From the NCBI GenBank assembly GCA_021513715.1, contig CP084167.1:1696001-1760000 (forward strand): a stretch of DNA of 64,000 bases, written 5' to 3'. The notes beneath the pieces were generated by a model, which was not told the origin of the DNA, made no database searches, and worked only from the letters and a program-made list of their open reading frames with translations. This DNA is from Candidatus Heimdallarchaeum endolithica. Its GTDB lineage: Archaea; Asgardarchaeota; Heimdallarchaeia; Heimdallarchaeales; Heimdallarchaeaceae. Shown here piece by piece: positions 49,677-59,187 of this stretch. The stretch's first letter is position 1. Each line of letters opens with the position of its first letter. Both the position numbers and the translations under genes were made by a program.

Positions 49677-50702
49677 CTAGTAAACTTTATCTAAAATTAA
49701 TTTTAGCACTTCATGTTTAAGTTTATCGATATCATTAGGTAAGTTACCTAAATTTGGCAAGTTTATTCCTGCTGCAGTTATGTGTCCCCCTCCAGTACCA
49801 CCTAAACTTAGTGAAAGTTGATATGCTATATCGCCTAAATCTATATTATGTTTCCTAGCAAAAGACTTCTTACATCTAAGACTTATTCTTAGATTTGAGG
49901 ACTTTTGTTTTGAAACAACAATTGCTAAATCTGCACCTACAGAGGTTAAACTTCTCGCTACTGCTGATTCAAAAGAACTTACATGCGATATTGCAATTAA
50001 ATCATCATCTATTTTTTTTAATATTGCTCTTTGCATTCCTTTAATTTTCGCAATTCTTTCTGATAGGGAAATAGGAATGGCTAATACAGATAATGCTTTT
50101 TCATAATCACCATATTTGGTTAGAAAATTAGTTACTTCAAAAATGTGCTCTGATGTAATAAGAAAACGACGAGAATCAGACATTATACCGGCCAACAATA
50201 GAGTTGCGACATCTGTTGGTAAAGATATACATGATTTATAGAATATATAGGAAATTATCTCTGAAGCAGAACTAAATGATTGATCAATTATAGTGACATC
50301 AGCTTTTTCACTAAATTCATGAAAAGAGTGGTGATCAATAATAAAAAATAATTTATCTCTTGGAAAATCTTGATTTAGAACTAGCTCTCCTAGTTGTAAC
50401 AGATTATTTACATCACAGAAGAAAAAAGCTTTGTACTCGTCAACTATCAAGTTGTTATAGACACTTATGTTAAAAGTCGAACATAAATTTCCTGTTAACG
50501 AATTTAAAGAAGAAGCAAATAAATGTATAGTAGTTAAGGGAATAAAATGATTTATTAATTCTTTTAACCCCATTGCACTAGCTATTGCATCAGCATCTGC
50601 ATTCTGGTGGAGAAGTATTGCTATTTTTGATATTTTTCTTTCTTTTAAGAGGGAAATTATTCTTTGGAATTTTTGTAGCAACGGAGTTCCTCCTCCAACC
50701 AA
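49677..50702 (-). CDS. DHH family phosphoesterase (true start probably TTG at 50682)
   Basis: HQNADADA, IDHH and GGGH motifs. Confidence 0.9.
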   Translation of the reverse strand: MVGGGTPLLQKFQRIISLLKERKISKIAILLHQNADADAIASAMGLKELINHFIPLTTIHLFASSLNSLTGNLCSTFNISVYNNLIVDEYKAFFFCDVNNLLQLGELVLNQDFPRDKLFFIIDHHSFHEFSEKADVTIIDQSFSSASEIISYIFYKSCISLPTDVATLLLAGIMSDSRRFLITSEHIFEVTNFLTKYGDYEKALSVLAIPISLSERIAKIKGMQRAILKKIDDDLIAISHVSSFESAVARSLTSVGADLAIVVSKQKSSNLRISLRCKKSFARKHNIDLGDIAYQLSLSLGGTGGGHITAAGINLPNLGNLPNDIDKLKHEVLKLILDKVY

Positions 50703-50968
50703 ACGGTTAGTAATTCTGATATTTTATTGTGTAATTCATTTAATTTCTCATTATTAAGTGCTCCAGAAGATTCAATTTCTAAATTAAGAGTGAGCTTATT
50801 GTTTTTATCTTGTTCTAGATCAATTATTATTGAATACTCAGTGAGAATAGACATCAATTTCTCGGAAGTTAAATAATCAAATAATCTTTCAGTCAATTTT
50901 TCAGCAAAGTTTTCTAGTTCTTTAGATGAAAAAGAAGGAAGTCCGATTTCAATGAAATCTTCTGTCAT
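50657..50968 (-). CDS. Conserved archaeal protein (DUF3194-like)
   Basis: EIGLPSFS N-terminus; located between prefoldin beta and DHH genes. Confidence 0.6.
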   Translation of the reverse strand: MTEDFIEIGLPSFSSKELENFAEKLTERLFDYLTSEKLMSILTEYSIIIDLEQDKNNKLTLNLEIESSGALNNEKLNELHNKISELLTVWLEEELRCYKNSKE

Positions 50969-50998
50969 ATATTACACACCGCTAAAAGGGAATAATCC

Positions 50999-51337
50999 CT
51001 AAATTTTTAGTCGCTCTTGAATTTCCTTTAGAGAGTTCAATATGTTTTTCTCTCTTTTTTGAAGAGAAGACAGATGTACCTCTATTCTTTCAAGTTCATC
51101 TGTTAACGATTTTTTCACAGTTTCAACGTCTGATTGAAAAAGTATTGGACCAGTAGAGCGATAAATTACAGTTGAATTATCTAATTCATCGACCACTTTC
51201 AGAGCATTCGAACTATCATGTTTCATGATTTCATATTGCTGGATGTTTATTCTAATTGAATCTAAACTTTGACGGAGTTCATAATATCGTTGAACATCTT
51301 TTTCTTGTTCTGGTGTAAGTTTTCCTGGACTTGACAT
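50999..51337 (-). CDS. pfdB: Prefoldin beta subunit
   Basis: Coiled coil, IYRSTGPIL beta hairpin, coiled coil. Confidence 0.88.
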   Translation of the reverse strand: MSSPGKLTPEQEKDVQRYYELRQSLDSIRINIQQYEIMKHDSSNALKVVDELDNSTVIYRSTGPILFQSDVETVKKSLTDELERIEVHLSSLQKREKNILNSLKEIQERLKI

Positions 51338-51468
51338 AATATATCCTCATTTAATGATATGAACTTCAAGTAATAGAGGAAATAAAGTTTTTGTTAAGTC
51401 ATATCTATCAAAGTCTTTTAGAAAACAATTATTTTGATTTAGTTATAGAATCTTTTTTTACTTATATT

Positions 51469-52472
51469 AAGCATGTCCAAAAATTCTTTTTCACCAACTA
51501 AACGGTCCGAAGGAGTAAAAGGTAGTTGTAACAGAGAAGAGAACTGTACAAGGTAGAGAGAATGGTGGAGGGTAAACGATCAAGGATTGGGGGAAGAGAG
51601 AGTTTAAGGAGACCAAAGACGTGTTCAATACTACTACGATACTCGGGATGATGATTACGACGATACAGACCAGGGTAGAGACGATGAGCTTGAACTATTG
51701 GTCCGAGGGGAGGAGGAGAGGGATAACGAGCATTACTTTTTGGGGGAATAACAGGGAAAAAGGAATGTTGGCTAAGAAGTCCAACGATATTTTCTGTCCA
51801 GTAGGCACAGTCTCCATAAAATCGCAAGAAAGGTCTCAAGAGTGCAGAAGGAAGTTTCTGCCAGAGTAAACCGAAGACTTTACTATCGTGAGTGTTACTA
51901 GCAGAATGAGCGAGAGAGACTATAGCTCGAGAGGGTAAACCAACTATAAGGTGTATCTTCCAGAAAAGTTTAGAGGTTTTCTTTAGTGTCCCTCTTGACC
52001 ATTTGAGAAAACGCCAAACAGAAGCTTGACGGATTTTAAACCCTGAACTATCCACTGCCATAGCTTTCAAGCCTTTTTTCCTCACTATTTCCCTACCTAA
52101 ATCTATTATCCACTGCTCTAAGATTTTACTTTCTGTCGCTCTCCACACTGCATGAAAAGTAGATTTAGAAGGAATCTTCTTCATCCACCCCTCTTCTATC
52201 AAAAAATCGCATAAAGACAACTTTTCCTCTAACTTCCTCCAAGCTATCCCTTCTATTCTAGCAATGATTGCTAAAGCCAGTATCACCCATCTTTCTGCTA
52301 TTCTCTTTCTCCCTCTCTTGCTTTCTCTCGGTTCCTCTTTCACCAGTTTCTTAAGGAAAGGTTCATTAATGATTATGAATTCTCTTGCTTTGTGGGGGTC
52401 TATGATCTGAAAGAAATTCATACTTCCGACATAAACCCCCACATTAATAAAAATTAATTTTTGGACATGCTT
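51469..52472 (-). mobile_element. IS5/IS982-like DDE insertion sequence, intact copy
   Basis: 17-bp perfect TIR AAGCATGTCCAAAAATT; 6-bp TSD TATATT (51463-51468 and 52473-52478). Confidence 0.95.
51498..52442 (-). CDS. DDE transposase
   Basis: AVDSSG (D), GDCAY (D) and RSSIEHVF (E). Confidence 0.92.
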   Translation of the reverse strand: MGVYVGSMNFFQIIDPHKAREFIIINEPFLKKLVKEEPRESKRGRKRIAERWVILALAIIARIEGIAWRKLEEKLSLCDFLIEEGWMKKIPSKSTFHAVWRATESKILEQWIIDLGREIVRKKGLKAMAVDSSGFKIRQASVWRFLKWSRGTLKKTSKLFWKIHLIVGLPSRAIVSLAHSASNTHDSKVFGLLWQKLPSALLRPFLRFYGDCAYWTENIVGLLSQHSFFPVIPPKSNARYPSPPPLGPIVQAHRLYPGLYRRNHHPEYRSSIEHVFGLLKLSLPPILDRLPSTILSTLYSSLLCYNYLLLLRTV

Positions 52473-52521
52473 TATATTATAAAAAATAAAAAAGAAGTTA
52501 AAGTTTGAAATTTAAAAACAA

Positions 52522-53205
52522 TTATTTCAGTTTGGCAAATTCTTCTTCAATATGAGATATTTTAATGCCAAGACTATCCATTAAAACAAAGCACCAACCC
52601 AACCAAATATTTACAAAACCCTTTGCTCCTGCATCTACAACTCCAGCTTCTTTCAAAACAGGTAATAGATTGGGGGTTTCTTTTAGAGATTCTACTGCAG
52701 TTAAATAGGTGCCACTGATCATTTCTACCCAATCACCACCATTTTCTGCTATTTCTCTGGCTTTGTCAGCAGTATCTTTTATTACTGTTAACATTGTTCC
52801 TTCTTGAGGATTCATTACAGCATCGTAAGCCCACTCTTTTCCTTCTTGTAATGCTTCTGCAAATTCTTTAATACCTATTTCTTCGTGTTCTTCAATTGAA
52901 GAAGAAAATCCTTGGAAAAATTGACTAATTATAACTCCAGAATTTCCTTTAGCTCCTAAAAATGAACCTTTAGAAATTAATTGAGCAGCTTCTGCAACTG
53001 ATTTAGCATTATCATCCGTGAATTGCTCAATTACTGTTCTGACAGTTAAAAACAGATTCACTCCAGTGTCTCCATCTGGAACTGGAAAAACGTTAATTGC
53101 ATTAATTTCTTCCTTTGTTCGTTCTAAATTATTAGCAGCAGTAATCATCATTTTCTTAAGAGTAGAGCCGTTAATTTTTGTGCTACTTAGCATCACTTTT
53201 TTCAC
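52522..53205 (-). CDS. DAK2/DhaL-domain protein (FakA N-terminal-like)
   Basis: NVFPVPDGDTG, GNSGVI, EGTMLTV and VVDAGA motifs. Confidence 0.9.
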   Translation of the reverse strand: MKKVMLSSTKINGSTLKKMMITAANNLERTKEEINAINVFPVPDGDTGVNLFLTVRTVIEQFTDDNAKSVAEAAQLISKGSFLGAKGNSGVIISQFFQGFSSSIEEHEEIGIKEFAEALQEGKEWAYDAVMNPQEGTMLTVIKDTADKAREIAENGGDWVEMISGTYLTAVESLKETPNLLPVLKEAGVVDAGAKGFVNIWLGWCFVLMDSLGIKISHIEEEFAKLK

Positions 53206-53382
53206 CGATTCTTATTGTTTGTTTCTCGAAATACAGTTTTACGGCTTCCTTTATAATACTTCCTAGTTTTTATGACCGTAAAATATTATTTTCAAAATTA
53301 TGTTTTTTCAATTCTTTTTAAGTTTAATCTTTGTTCGTTTCATAGCCGTATAATATTATATAGTCATAAAATAATAAAAAAA

Positions 53383-56319
53383 TTAAAGGAGTAAAATAGC
53401 TGGTTTCATAGGTCTTGCTTTACGGGCTTTATTTTGTGGGTCAAAAACATCTTTTGTATCAGAAATGTAAGTTTCAACTGTTATTTCAGGGTATTTTTTA
53501 TTGATTATTTTTATATACCCTTGAATTGCATTCAATTGTTCGTCTGGAGTTAGCATTGAGATTCTAAAGATTGTTGGATCTTTCATCATTAATTTTGCTT
53601 CATCTGCGATATTCTTCATATATTTATTTAATGTCTCATGGTTTTTCACTAGAGACATTATTTTGCCTATATTGAAAGCTTCCTCAGCGAATGAATCTTT
53701 GGCCAATTTATATAACTCATTTTTCCATTGTGGAGCTATATATATGATCATTTTTTTAGGTTCAGATTTAACTAATTTCATAACCTGTTCTATATCTTTC
53801 ATCAAATTAGTCAAGAATTTAAGTTGTAATGCAAGTTGTGTGTCTTCTTCTGTTAAAATTATGTCTTCTATTTTTTGTAAAGAAACAAAACCTGTATTCC
53901 CATACCGTTCATATATCTCTTCACAAATGTGAGGGATTACTGGTGCCATCAGTATTATCATGTTTTCAACAGTCTCTTTTATTACACTTTGAACCTCTTT
54001 CTCATTCGAGTTTGAAGATAATTTCAAGTAATTTTCTAGTTCTCGGATATTATCAAAGAACCCTGATAATATATAGTCTCTTGGATTAAATCGTTCCATT
54101 GCATCAATTGCCAACTTCATGTTACGTTTTACAGAAGCTAGAACAATCTTAGATATAAACGAATATGATTGTGGGTCAATTTTTTCACTCTTTTCAACCA
54201 TTATTGCAAATTCCCAAAACTTACGCAATTTTTCTTTAGAATGGTTAACTTCCACTTCTCTCCAGTCAACTACAGACTCTTGTGTTGCTATAGAAGCTAA
54301 ATGTAGGCGAGTTAAGTCAACACTATACTTCTCTGGGATTTTAGCTATTGGAATTACGTTTCCTTTGCTTTTTCCCATTTTTTCTCCTTCTCTATTTAAC
54401 ATTTCATTCAAAGAGAACATCTGAGGCCAATATTTTTCTTGGAAAATAGCTACATGATGGAAAATAGTAAAGGACAAATGATTGGAGATATGTGCAATTG
54501 CTGTATGTCGTAAATCATTGGGATACCAATACTCAAATTCACTTTTCATAGCATTTATAGTATCAACAGAGATACTTGTTTCTTTAGATACTGTTTCAAC
54601 ATCGTGGTTAGAGAGAAATATATGATCGAATAATATTGGTTTTAATTGTTCTGGTTTTATTTTAGATTCTTTAATTGTCTTAATAATTGTATAAAATGCC
54701 ATGTAAATAACAGAATCACTTAGTGATTCTATGATCCAGCCTTTTCCCTTTGTTATAGGAAATTCTGTTCCTAGCCCTCTCTTTCTCACACATGGACGCT
54801 TATCTAACCAATTGAACACATTCTCAAATGCTTGACGATATTTTTCAGGAACTATTTTCATATTGTTTAATGCTTTAAATGCAAGTTCTTTCCATTTTTT
54901 ATTTCCATAATTTAAGAAATATTGGTCTTCAATCACCGCAGCTATTATTTTTCCACCACACCTACATTTTGCTTTTGTTGAAACCTCATAGACATTTGAT
55001 GCTAAATTCAGTTCTTTGAGCTTTTTCGCCACAGCAACTTTTGCCTCCTCAACTTTTAAGCTATTAAATTCTCCTGTGTTGGATTTCATCACTCCAGAGT
55101 AAAACTCTTCTTTATATATTGTCTGTGTAGCTTTCTCCAATTTTTCTATATCTTCTTGACTCTGAACACCCATCTTTTCATATATTTCTACTGCAGGAAA
55201 CTCACCATACCCATCTAATTTAATTAAAGAGATTGGGATAATACTTTTTAGTTTACTTTCGTCCAAGGAATATTTCTTTATTAATTCTTCATTTTTTTGC
55301 AAATCTACCAAAGCCGCATAATCATAAGGCGCATGTCCTGGAACACTATATACTACTCCAGTTGCATGATCTGTATCAACAAATGTTGCAGGATAAATTG
55401 GAATAACAACTCCAGTTAACGGCACTTCAACTTCTTGGTCAAATAATTCTCTTCCCTTAAATTCTCTAGTTATCTCAATTTTATGATGTTGATTCTTTAG
55501 TTTACTTACAGCTTCAGATGATACTATCCAATTTTCATCATCTATTTTAATCTCACAATATTTATTTTCAGGATTTATCCAAACATTTGTTGCTCCAAAG
55601 ATAGTTTCAGGTCTGAAGGTAGCAGCAACCAAAAATGTGTTTTTGTTTTTTAATTTGAACTTAATTCCAACGAATTCAGAAACTTCTACTTTTGTTTCAT
55701 CTCCTGCATAAATATCATCCTCTCCAACAGCATTTTTACAGTTTGTACACCACAAAATAGGATATTCTCCTTTTGTTATGTATCCTTTTTCGTTAAGAAT
55801 TTTGTATTGCCATTCAATAAATTTGTTATATTCTGGATCACCTGTAGTAAATTCACGTGTATCATCTATTGAAAATCCCATTCTCTTAAAGTCTTCCATT
55901 AATTTTCCTGAAAAATACATAGCTACGTTCATCGGCTCTACAAATGAGCCAACAATTTCTTCTACTTTTTTTTCATCGGATTCGTAGATAGACACATAAT
56001 CTCGGTATTTTTTCCATTCTTTTTCATCTTTTTCTTTTATTTTTGCGGATACAGATAAAACAGGTGTTCCTGTAATATGATAAGCCATTGGCCACATCAC
56101 ATTAAATCCCCGTTGCCTTTTATAACGTGTAAATAGATCTCCAAGATTATATGTTCTACAATGCCCTATATGAAGAGTTCCGCTTGCATAGGGATAAGGT
56201 ACAGTAACAAAATACTTGGGTTTGGAATGGTCAACTTTACCTACAAATATTTTCTTTTCATCCCATCGTTTTTGCCATTTTGTTTCAATTTTACGTATTC
56301 CTTCTAAAAAACTAGCCAT
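53383..56319 (-). CDS. leuS: Leucyl-tRNA synthetase, archaeal type
   Basis: HIGH, ATFRPET (CP1) and KMGKSKGN motifs. Confidence 0.97.
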   Translation of the reverse strand: MASFLEGIRKIETKWQKRWDEKKIFVGKVDHSKPKYFVTVPYPYASGTLHIGHCRTYNLGDLFTRYKRQRGFNVMWPMAYHITGTPVLSVSAKIKEKDEKEWKKYRDYVSIYESDEKKVEEIVGSFVEPMNVAMYFSGKLMEDFKRMGFSIDDTREFTTGDPEYNKFIEWQYKILNEKGYITKGEYPILWCTNCKNAVGEDDIYAGDETKVEVSEFVGIKFKLKNKNTFLVAATFRPETIFGATNVWINPENKYCEIKIDDENWIVSSEAVSKLKNQHHKIEITREFKGRELFDQEVEVPLTGVVIPIYPATFVDTDHATGVVYSVPGHAPYDYAALVDLQKNEELIKKYSLDESKLKSIIPISLIKLDGYGEFPAVEIYEKMGVQSQEDIEKLEKATQTIYKEEFYSGVMKSNTGEFNSLKVEEAKVAVAKKLKELNLASNVYEVSTKAKCRCGGKIIAAVIEDQYFLNYGNKKWKELAFKALNNMKIVPEKYRQAFENVFNWLDKRPCVRKRGLGTEFPITKGKGWIIESLSDSVIYMAFYTIIKTIKESKIKPEQLKPILFDHIFLSNHDVETVSKETSISVDTINAMKSEFEYWYPNDLRHTAIAHISNHLSFTIFHHVAIFQEKYWPQMFSLNEMLNREGEKMGKSKGNVIPIAKIPEKYSVDLTRLHLASIATQESVVDWREVEVNHSKEKLRKFWEFAIMVEKSEKIDPQSYSFISKIVLASVKRNMKLAIDAMERFNPRDYILSGFFDNIRELENYLKLSSNSNEKEVQSVIKETVENMIILMAPVIPHICEEIYERYGNTGFVSLQKIEDIILTEEDTQLALQLKFLTNLMKDIEQVMKLVKSEPKKMIIYIAPQWKNELYKLAKDSFAEEAFNIGKIMSLVKNHETLNKYMKNIADEAKLMMKDPTIFRISMLTPDEQLNAIQGYIKIINKKYPEITVETYISDTKDVFDPQNKARKARPMKPAILLL

Positions 56320-56550
56320 TTTTACACCTCAATTCTGGAATAAAGAGCTTTTCTTTTCTATTGTAAATTACAGTTGCAATAAAACATGGTTCCATTATAA
56401 ATTTACTGTAAAAAGATTCTTTTCTAAAAATTCGGGAAACCTTATATCCAGTAACTATGTTAATAGAATAATTGTTTTCCAAGAAGAACATAGTCACCTT
56501 TCATCTTCTGGTCTCCTAAAAACAAAAAGGAGATATTAGTTAAAAAATTT
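56312..56550 (-). promoter_or_regulatory. leuS leader: TATA, hairpins, Leu-sensing uORF and +1-frame coupling ORF
   Basis: TTTTTTAA near 56547-56540; stems GGAGACC/GGTTTCC and GGTGACTATGTT/AACATAGTTACT; +1 frame (track ORF 56312..56497) ends in a TAG just past the leuS ATG. Confidence 0.75.
56460..56504 (-). CDS. Leader peptide MKGDYVLLGKQLFY
   Basis: ATG AAA GGT GAC TAT GTT CTT CTT GGA AAA CAA TTA TTC TAT TAA; tandem Leu codons at the conserved position. Confidence 0.7.
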   Translation of the reverse strand: MKGDYVLLGKQLFY

Positions 56551-56707
56551 ATTCATCAGTTAGAATTTCAAACCAGTTTTGATAAAAATTCAATATCCAC
56601 TTAAATGCAGCCTTAAATTAGAGCAAAAACTCGAACATATGTGTTTGTTCTTAATTAGTCAACAAATTTCTTAACCAATAATTTATTATAAAATTAAATT
56701 TATATTT

Positions 56708-56994
56708 GTGATTCTCAGGTTTTCTTTTCTTCTGATAACGATTTTCAATACAATACTTATTTTATTTTCTAAACAGAAAAAGAGAAGATTTACAAACTAA
56801 TAATCCTCTTTGTTTCTTTAGCACTTTCATTTTTGTTACATTGGAACTTTGTATTTATTTTTGCTTTATCAGTTTCTCTTTTGGCTATCCTTTGTCAAAA
56901 TTGCAATTCTCCAATTAAAGTATCTAACAAATTTTGTGATCATTGTGGCTTTAAAATAGAAAAACATAATGAAATCAAACCACTAAAAACATAA
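56708..56994 (+). pseudogene. Membrane plus double zinc-ribbon protein, frameshifted or truncated
   Basis: Frame 56773-56994 reads ...IILFVSLALSFLL...CQNCNSPIKVSNKFCDHCG... but is closed upstream by TAA at 56770. A hydrophobic GTG-started segment lies in another frame. Confidence 0.5.
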
Positions 56995-57100
56995 AAAAGT
57001 GTAACTATCTTCTAATAAATGCTATTTTATTCTTTTTTAAATTAGTAGAAAGATTAAAGAAAGTTTAAATATTGAATACGAAATCCTATTTAGTGATTTA

Positions 57101-58024
57101 GTGTCTCGTTTCAAGAACTTTATAATAAATTGCTTACCTGATTTTGCAGTTTATTTCTTTGCAAAACCTTATCTTGGTGGAAATAGCCTAGAAAAAGGAA
57201 TTACTAAAGCAAAATTACTTTGGGAAAAAGGATTATCTTCAACTATTGACATGCTTGGTGAAGATTTGAAAAGTGAAGAAGAAGTAGAGCATGCTATTAA
57301 TGTTTATTTAAAAGCTATAGATAGAGTTAATGAAGAGCAAATGAAAGATTTTACTTCAATTTCTGTTAAACCTTCATCTCTAGGATATTTGGTATCTGAA
57401 GAATATTATATTGCCAATTTAGAAAAAGTTGTTTCTTATGCATCAGAAAAAGGGATTGAGATATCAATTGATATGGAAGATCATAACTATACAGACGTCA
57501 CATTAAAATCATATAAACTACTAAAAGTGAAATATCCGCTTTTGGGCACTGTACTGCAAACTAGATTATTCAGAACAGACAGAGACATTGAAGAGTTAGG
57601 CGACATTAATGCGAGAATACGCTTATGCATTGGTATCTACAGAGAACCAAAAGAAATAGCTTACACCAATAAAAAATTGATGAAAGAACGATTAATAGCC
57701 TTTGCACAAGAACTAATTTCCAAGAATCATTATGTAGCCTTCGCAACACATGATGAAAAATATATTAAAAGAATGCTTGCCATTGTCGACGAAAAAAATT
57801 TAACAAAAGAGCAGATTGAATTTCAAATGCTCCTTGGAGTACCAAGAAGGAAGATACAAAGAGAGATTATTGAACGAGGATTTACTATGCGACTCTATGT
57901 ACCTTTTGCAGAAGAGAAAAAGTATTCAATTGCTTACTTAAGAAGAAGGCTCTATGAAAACCCGTTCATGGTCTTTTCAGTTTTACGAAATATTTTAAGA
58001 TCAATTTTTAAATTTGGAAATTAA
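57101..58024 (+). CDS. Proline dehydrogenase (monofunctional)
   Basis: DMLGE, SVKPS, IDMED, ATHD, FQMLLG and YLRRRLYE motifs. Confidence 0.93.
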   Translation: MSRFKNFIINCLPDFAVYFFAKPYLGGNSLEKGITKAKLLWEKGLSSTIDMLGEDLKSEEEVEHAINVYLKAIDRVNEEQMKDFTSISVKPSSLGYLVSEEYYIANLEKVVSYASEKGIEISIDMEDHNYTDVTLKSYKLLKVKYPLLGTVLQTRLFRTDRDIEELGDINARIRLCIGIYREPKEIAYTNKKLMKERLIAFAQELISKNHYVAFATHDEKYIKRMLAIVDEKNLTKEQIEFQMLLGVPRRKIQREIIERGFTMRLYVPFAEEKKYSIAYLRRRLYENPFMVFSVLRNILRSIFKFGN

Positions 58025-58065
58025 AATTAGGAAAAATTTTTTTACACCTCTTCTATTTTTATTTA

Positions 58066-59160
58066 ATGATATGGACATCATTAGTTTACATCACGTCTGC
58101 AATTTCAATCTTACTAATCGTAATATTCTCAATGCTAAAATATCAATTTCAGATTTCTAGCCAAGCATTTTACTATTTTCTTTCGATGTTAATTTTCCTA
58201 ATAATTTGGTTTATTGCTGATTTGGGTTTGATTATAGCAAGTAATTCAAGAAATTCTAATTTAGCTAGAATTTTTTCTAAATTAGGTACAACATTTAGTA
58301 TGGTCGCAATGATATCAGTAGTTTTTTATACACAATTTTTAACATCAAAAGAGTTTTTTAACTCTCCACATGTTGTTATTTCATCATTTTTGCTTGGAGG
58401 TGTAATTGCACTTACATTATCTCCAGCATATGATATACAAGAAGCGATTGTAGATTCCACCAATATTTTTTACATCGCAAAAGTAAACACATCGTGGTTT
58501 ATTTTTGATACAGCCCTACCTTTATATGCAGGTTGTTTGTTAATTTATTATTTAACTAGACAAAAAAAGATTGTCCCAGAAAAACACAATTCAGCTCTAA
58601 ATTTAATGATTATTGGAACAATAATATCTTTTTTTGGAACTATTACAATTTTTCTTTCTCGAAAGGTAATATTCATTATTTTTGACAAAATTATTTTACT
58701 TCACGTTGAATTGCTAGCAGTTGCAATTGGAGCAGTTATTATGCTTATTGCAACTATCCAAGGAGGAGTAAAAGCATTTTACTATTCATCTAAAATTCAT
58801 TCAATTCATATTTACGACAATCTGGGAATGGATATATACACAGCAACTTTTGAAACAAAGAGAAATGTATCAACTAGCATTATTCCTGGAGTAACAAGTG
58901 CCATATCAGTTTTTGCTACAGATTTAATAGGAAAAGATGTGAAACCAAATGAAATATCATTTGGTGAATATTCGCTAATGATTGAAGCTTATGGAGAGAT
59001 AAATTGTTTTGTCTGTGTTGAGTATCCAACAACAAATTTCAGAAAAGGTATACAAAATCTGATCAAACAAATAAAAGTAAACCAGTCACATCAAGAGATT
59101 TCTGAACTGATTGAAGAAAACTTAGCTATAACTCCAATTTATCACAAGAATGCTAGCTAA
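58066..59160 (+). CDS. 7-TM membrane protein with C-terminal longin/roadblock-like domain
   Basis: Seven hydrophobic segments, then IHSIHIYDNLG...SAISVFATDL...EISFGEYSLMIE. Confidence 0.65.
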   Translation: MIWTSLVYITSAISILLIVIFSMLKYQFQISSQAFYYFLSMLIFLIIWFIADLGLIIASNSRNSNLARIFSKLGTTFSMVAMISVVFYTQFLTSKEFFNSPHVVISSFLLGGVIALTLSPAYDIQEAIVDSTNIFYIAKVNTSWFIFDTALPLYAGCLLIYYLTRQKKIVPEKHNSALNLMIIGTIISFFGTITIFLSRKVIFIIFDKIILLHVELLAVAIGAVIMLIATIQGGVKAFYYSSKIHSIHIYDNLGMDIYTATFETKRNVSTSIIPGVTSAISVFATDLIGKDVKPNEISFGEYSLMIEAYGEINCFVCVEYPTTNFRKGIQNLIKQIKVNQSHQEISELIEENLAITPIYHKNAS

Positions 59161-59187
59161 AATGTGCTTCAAAGAAATAAGTAAATT

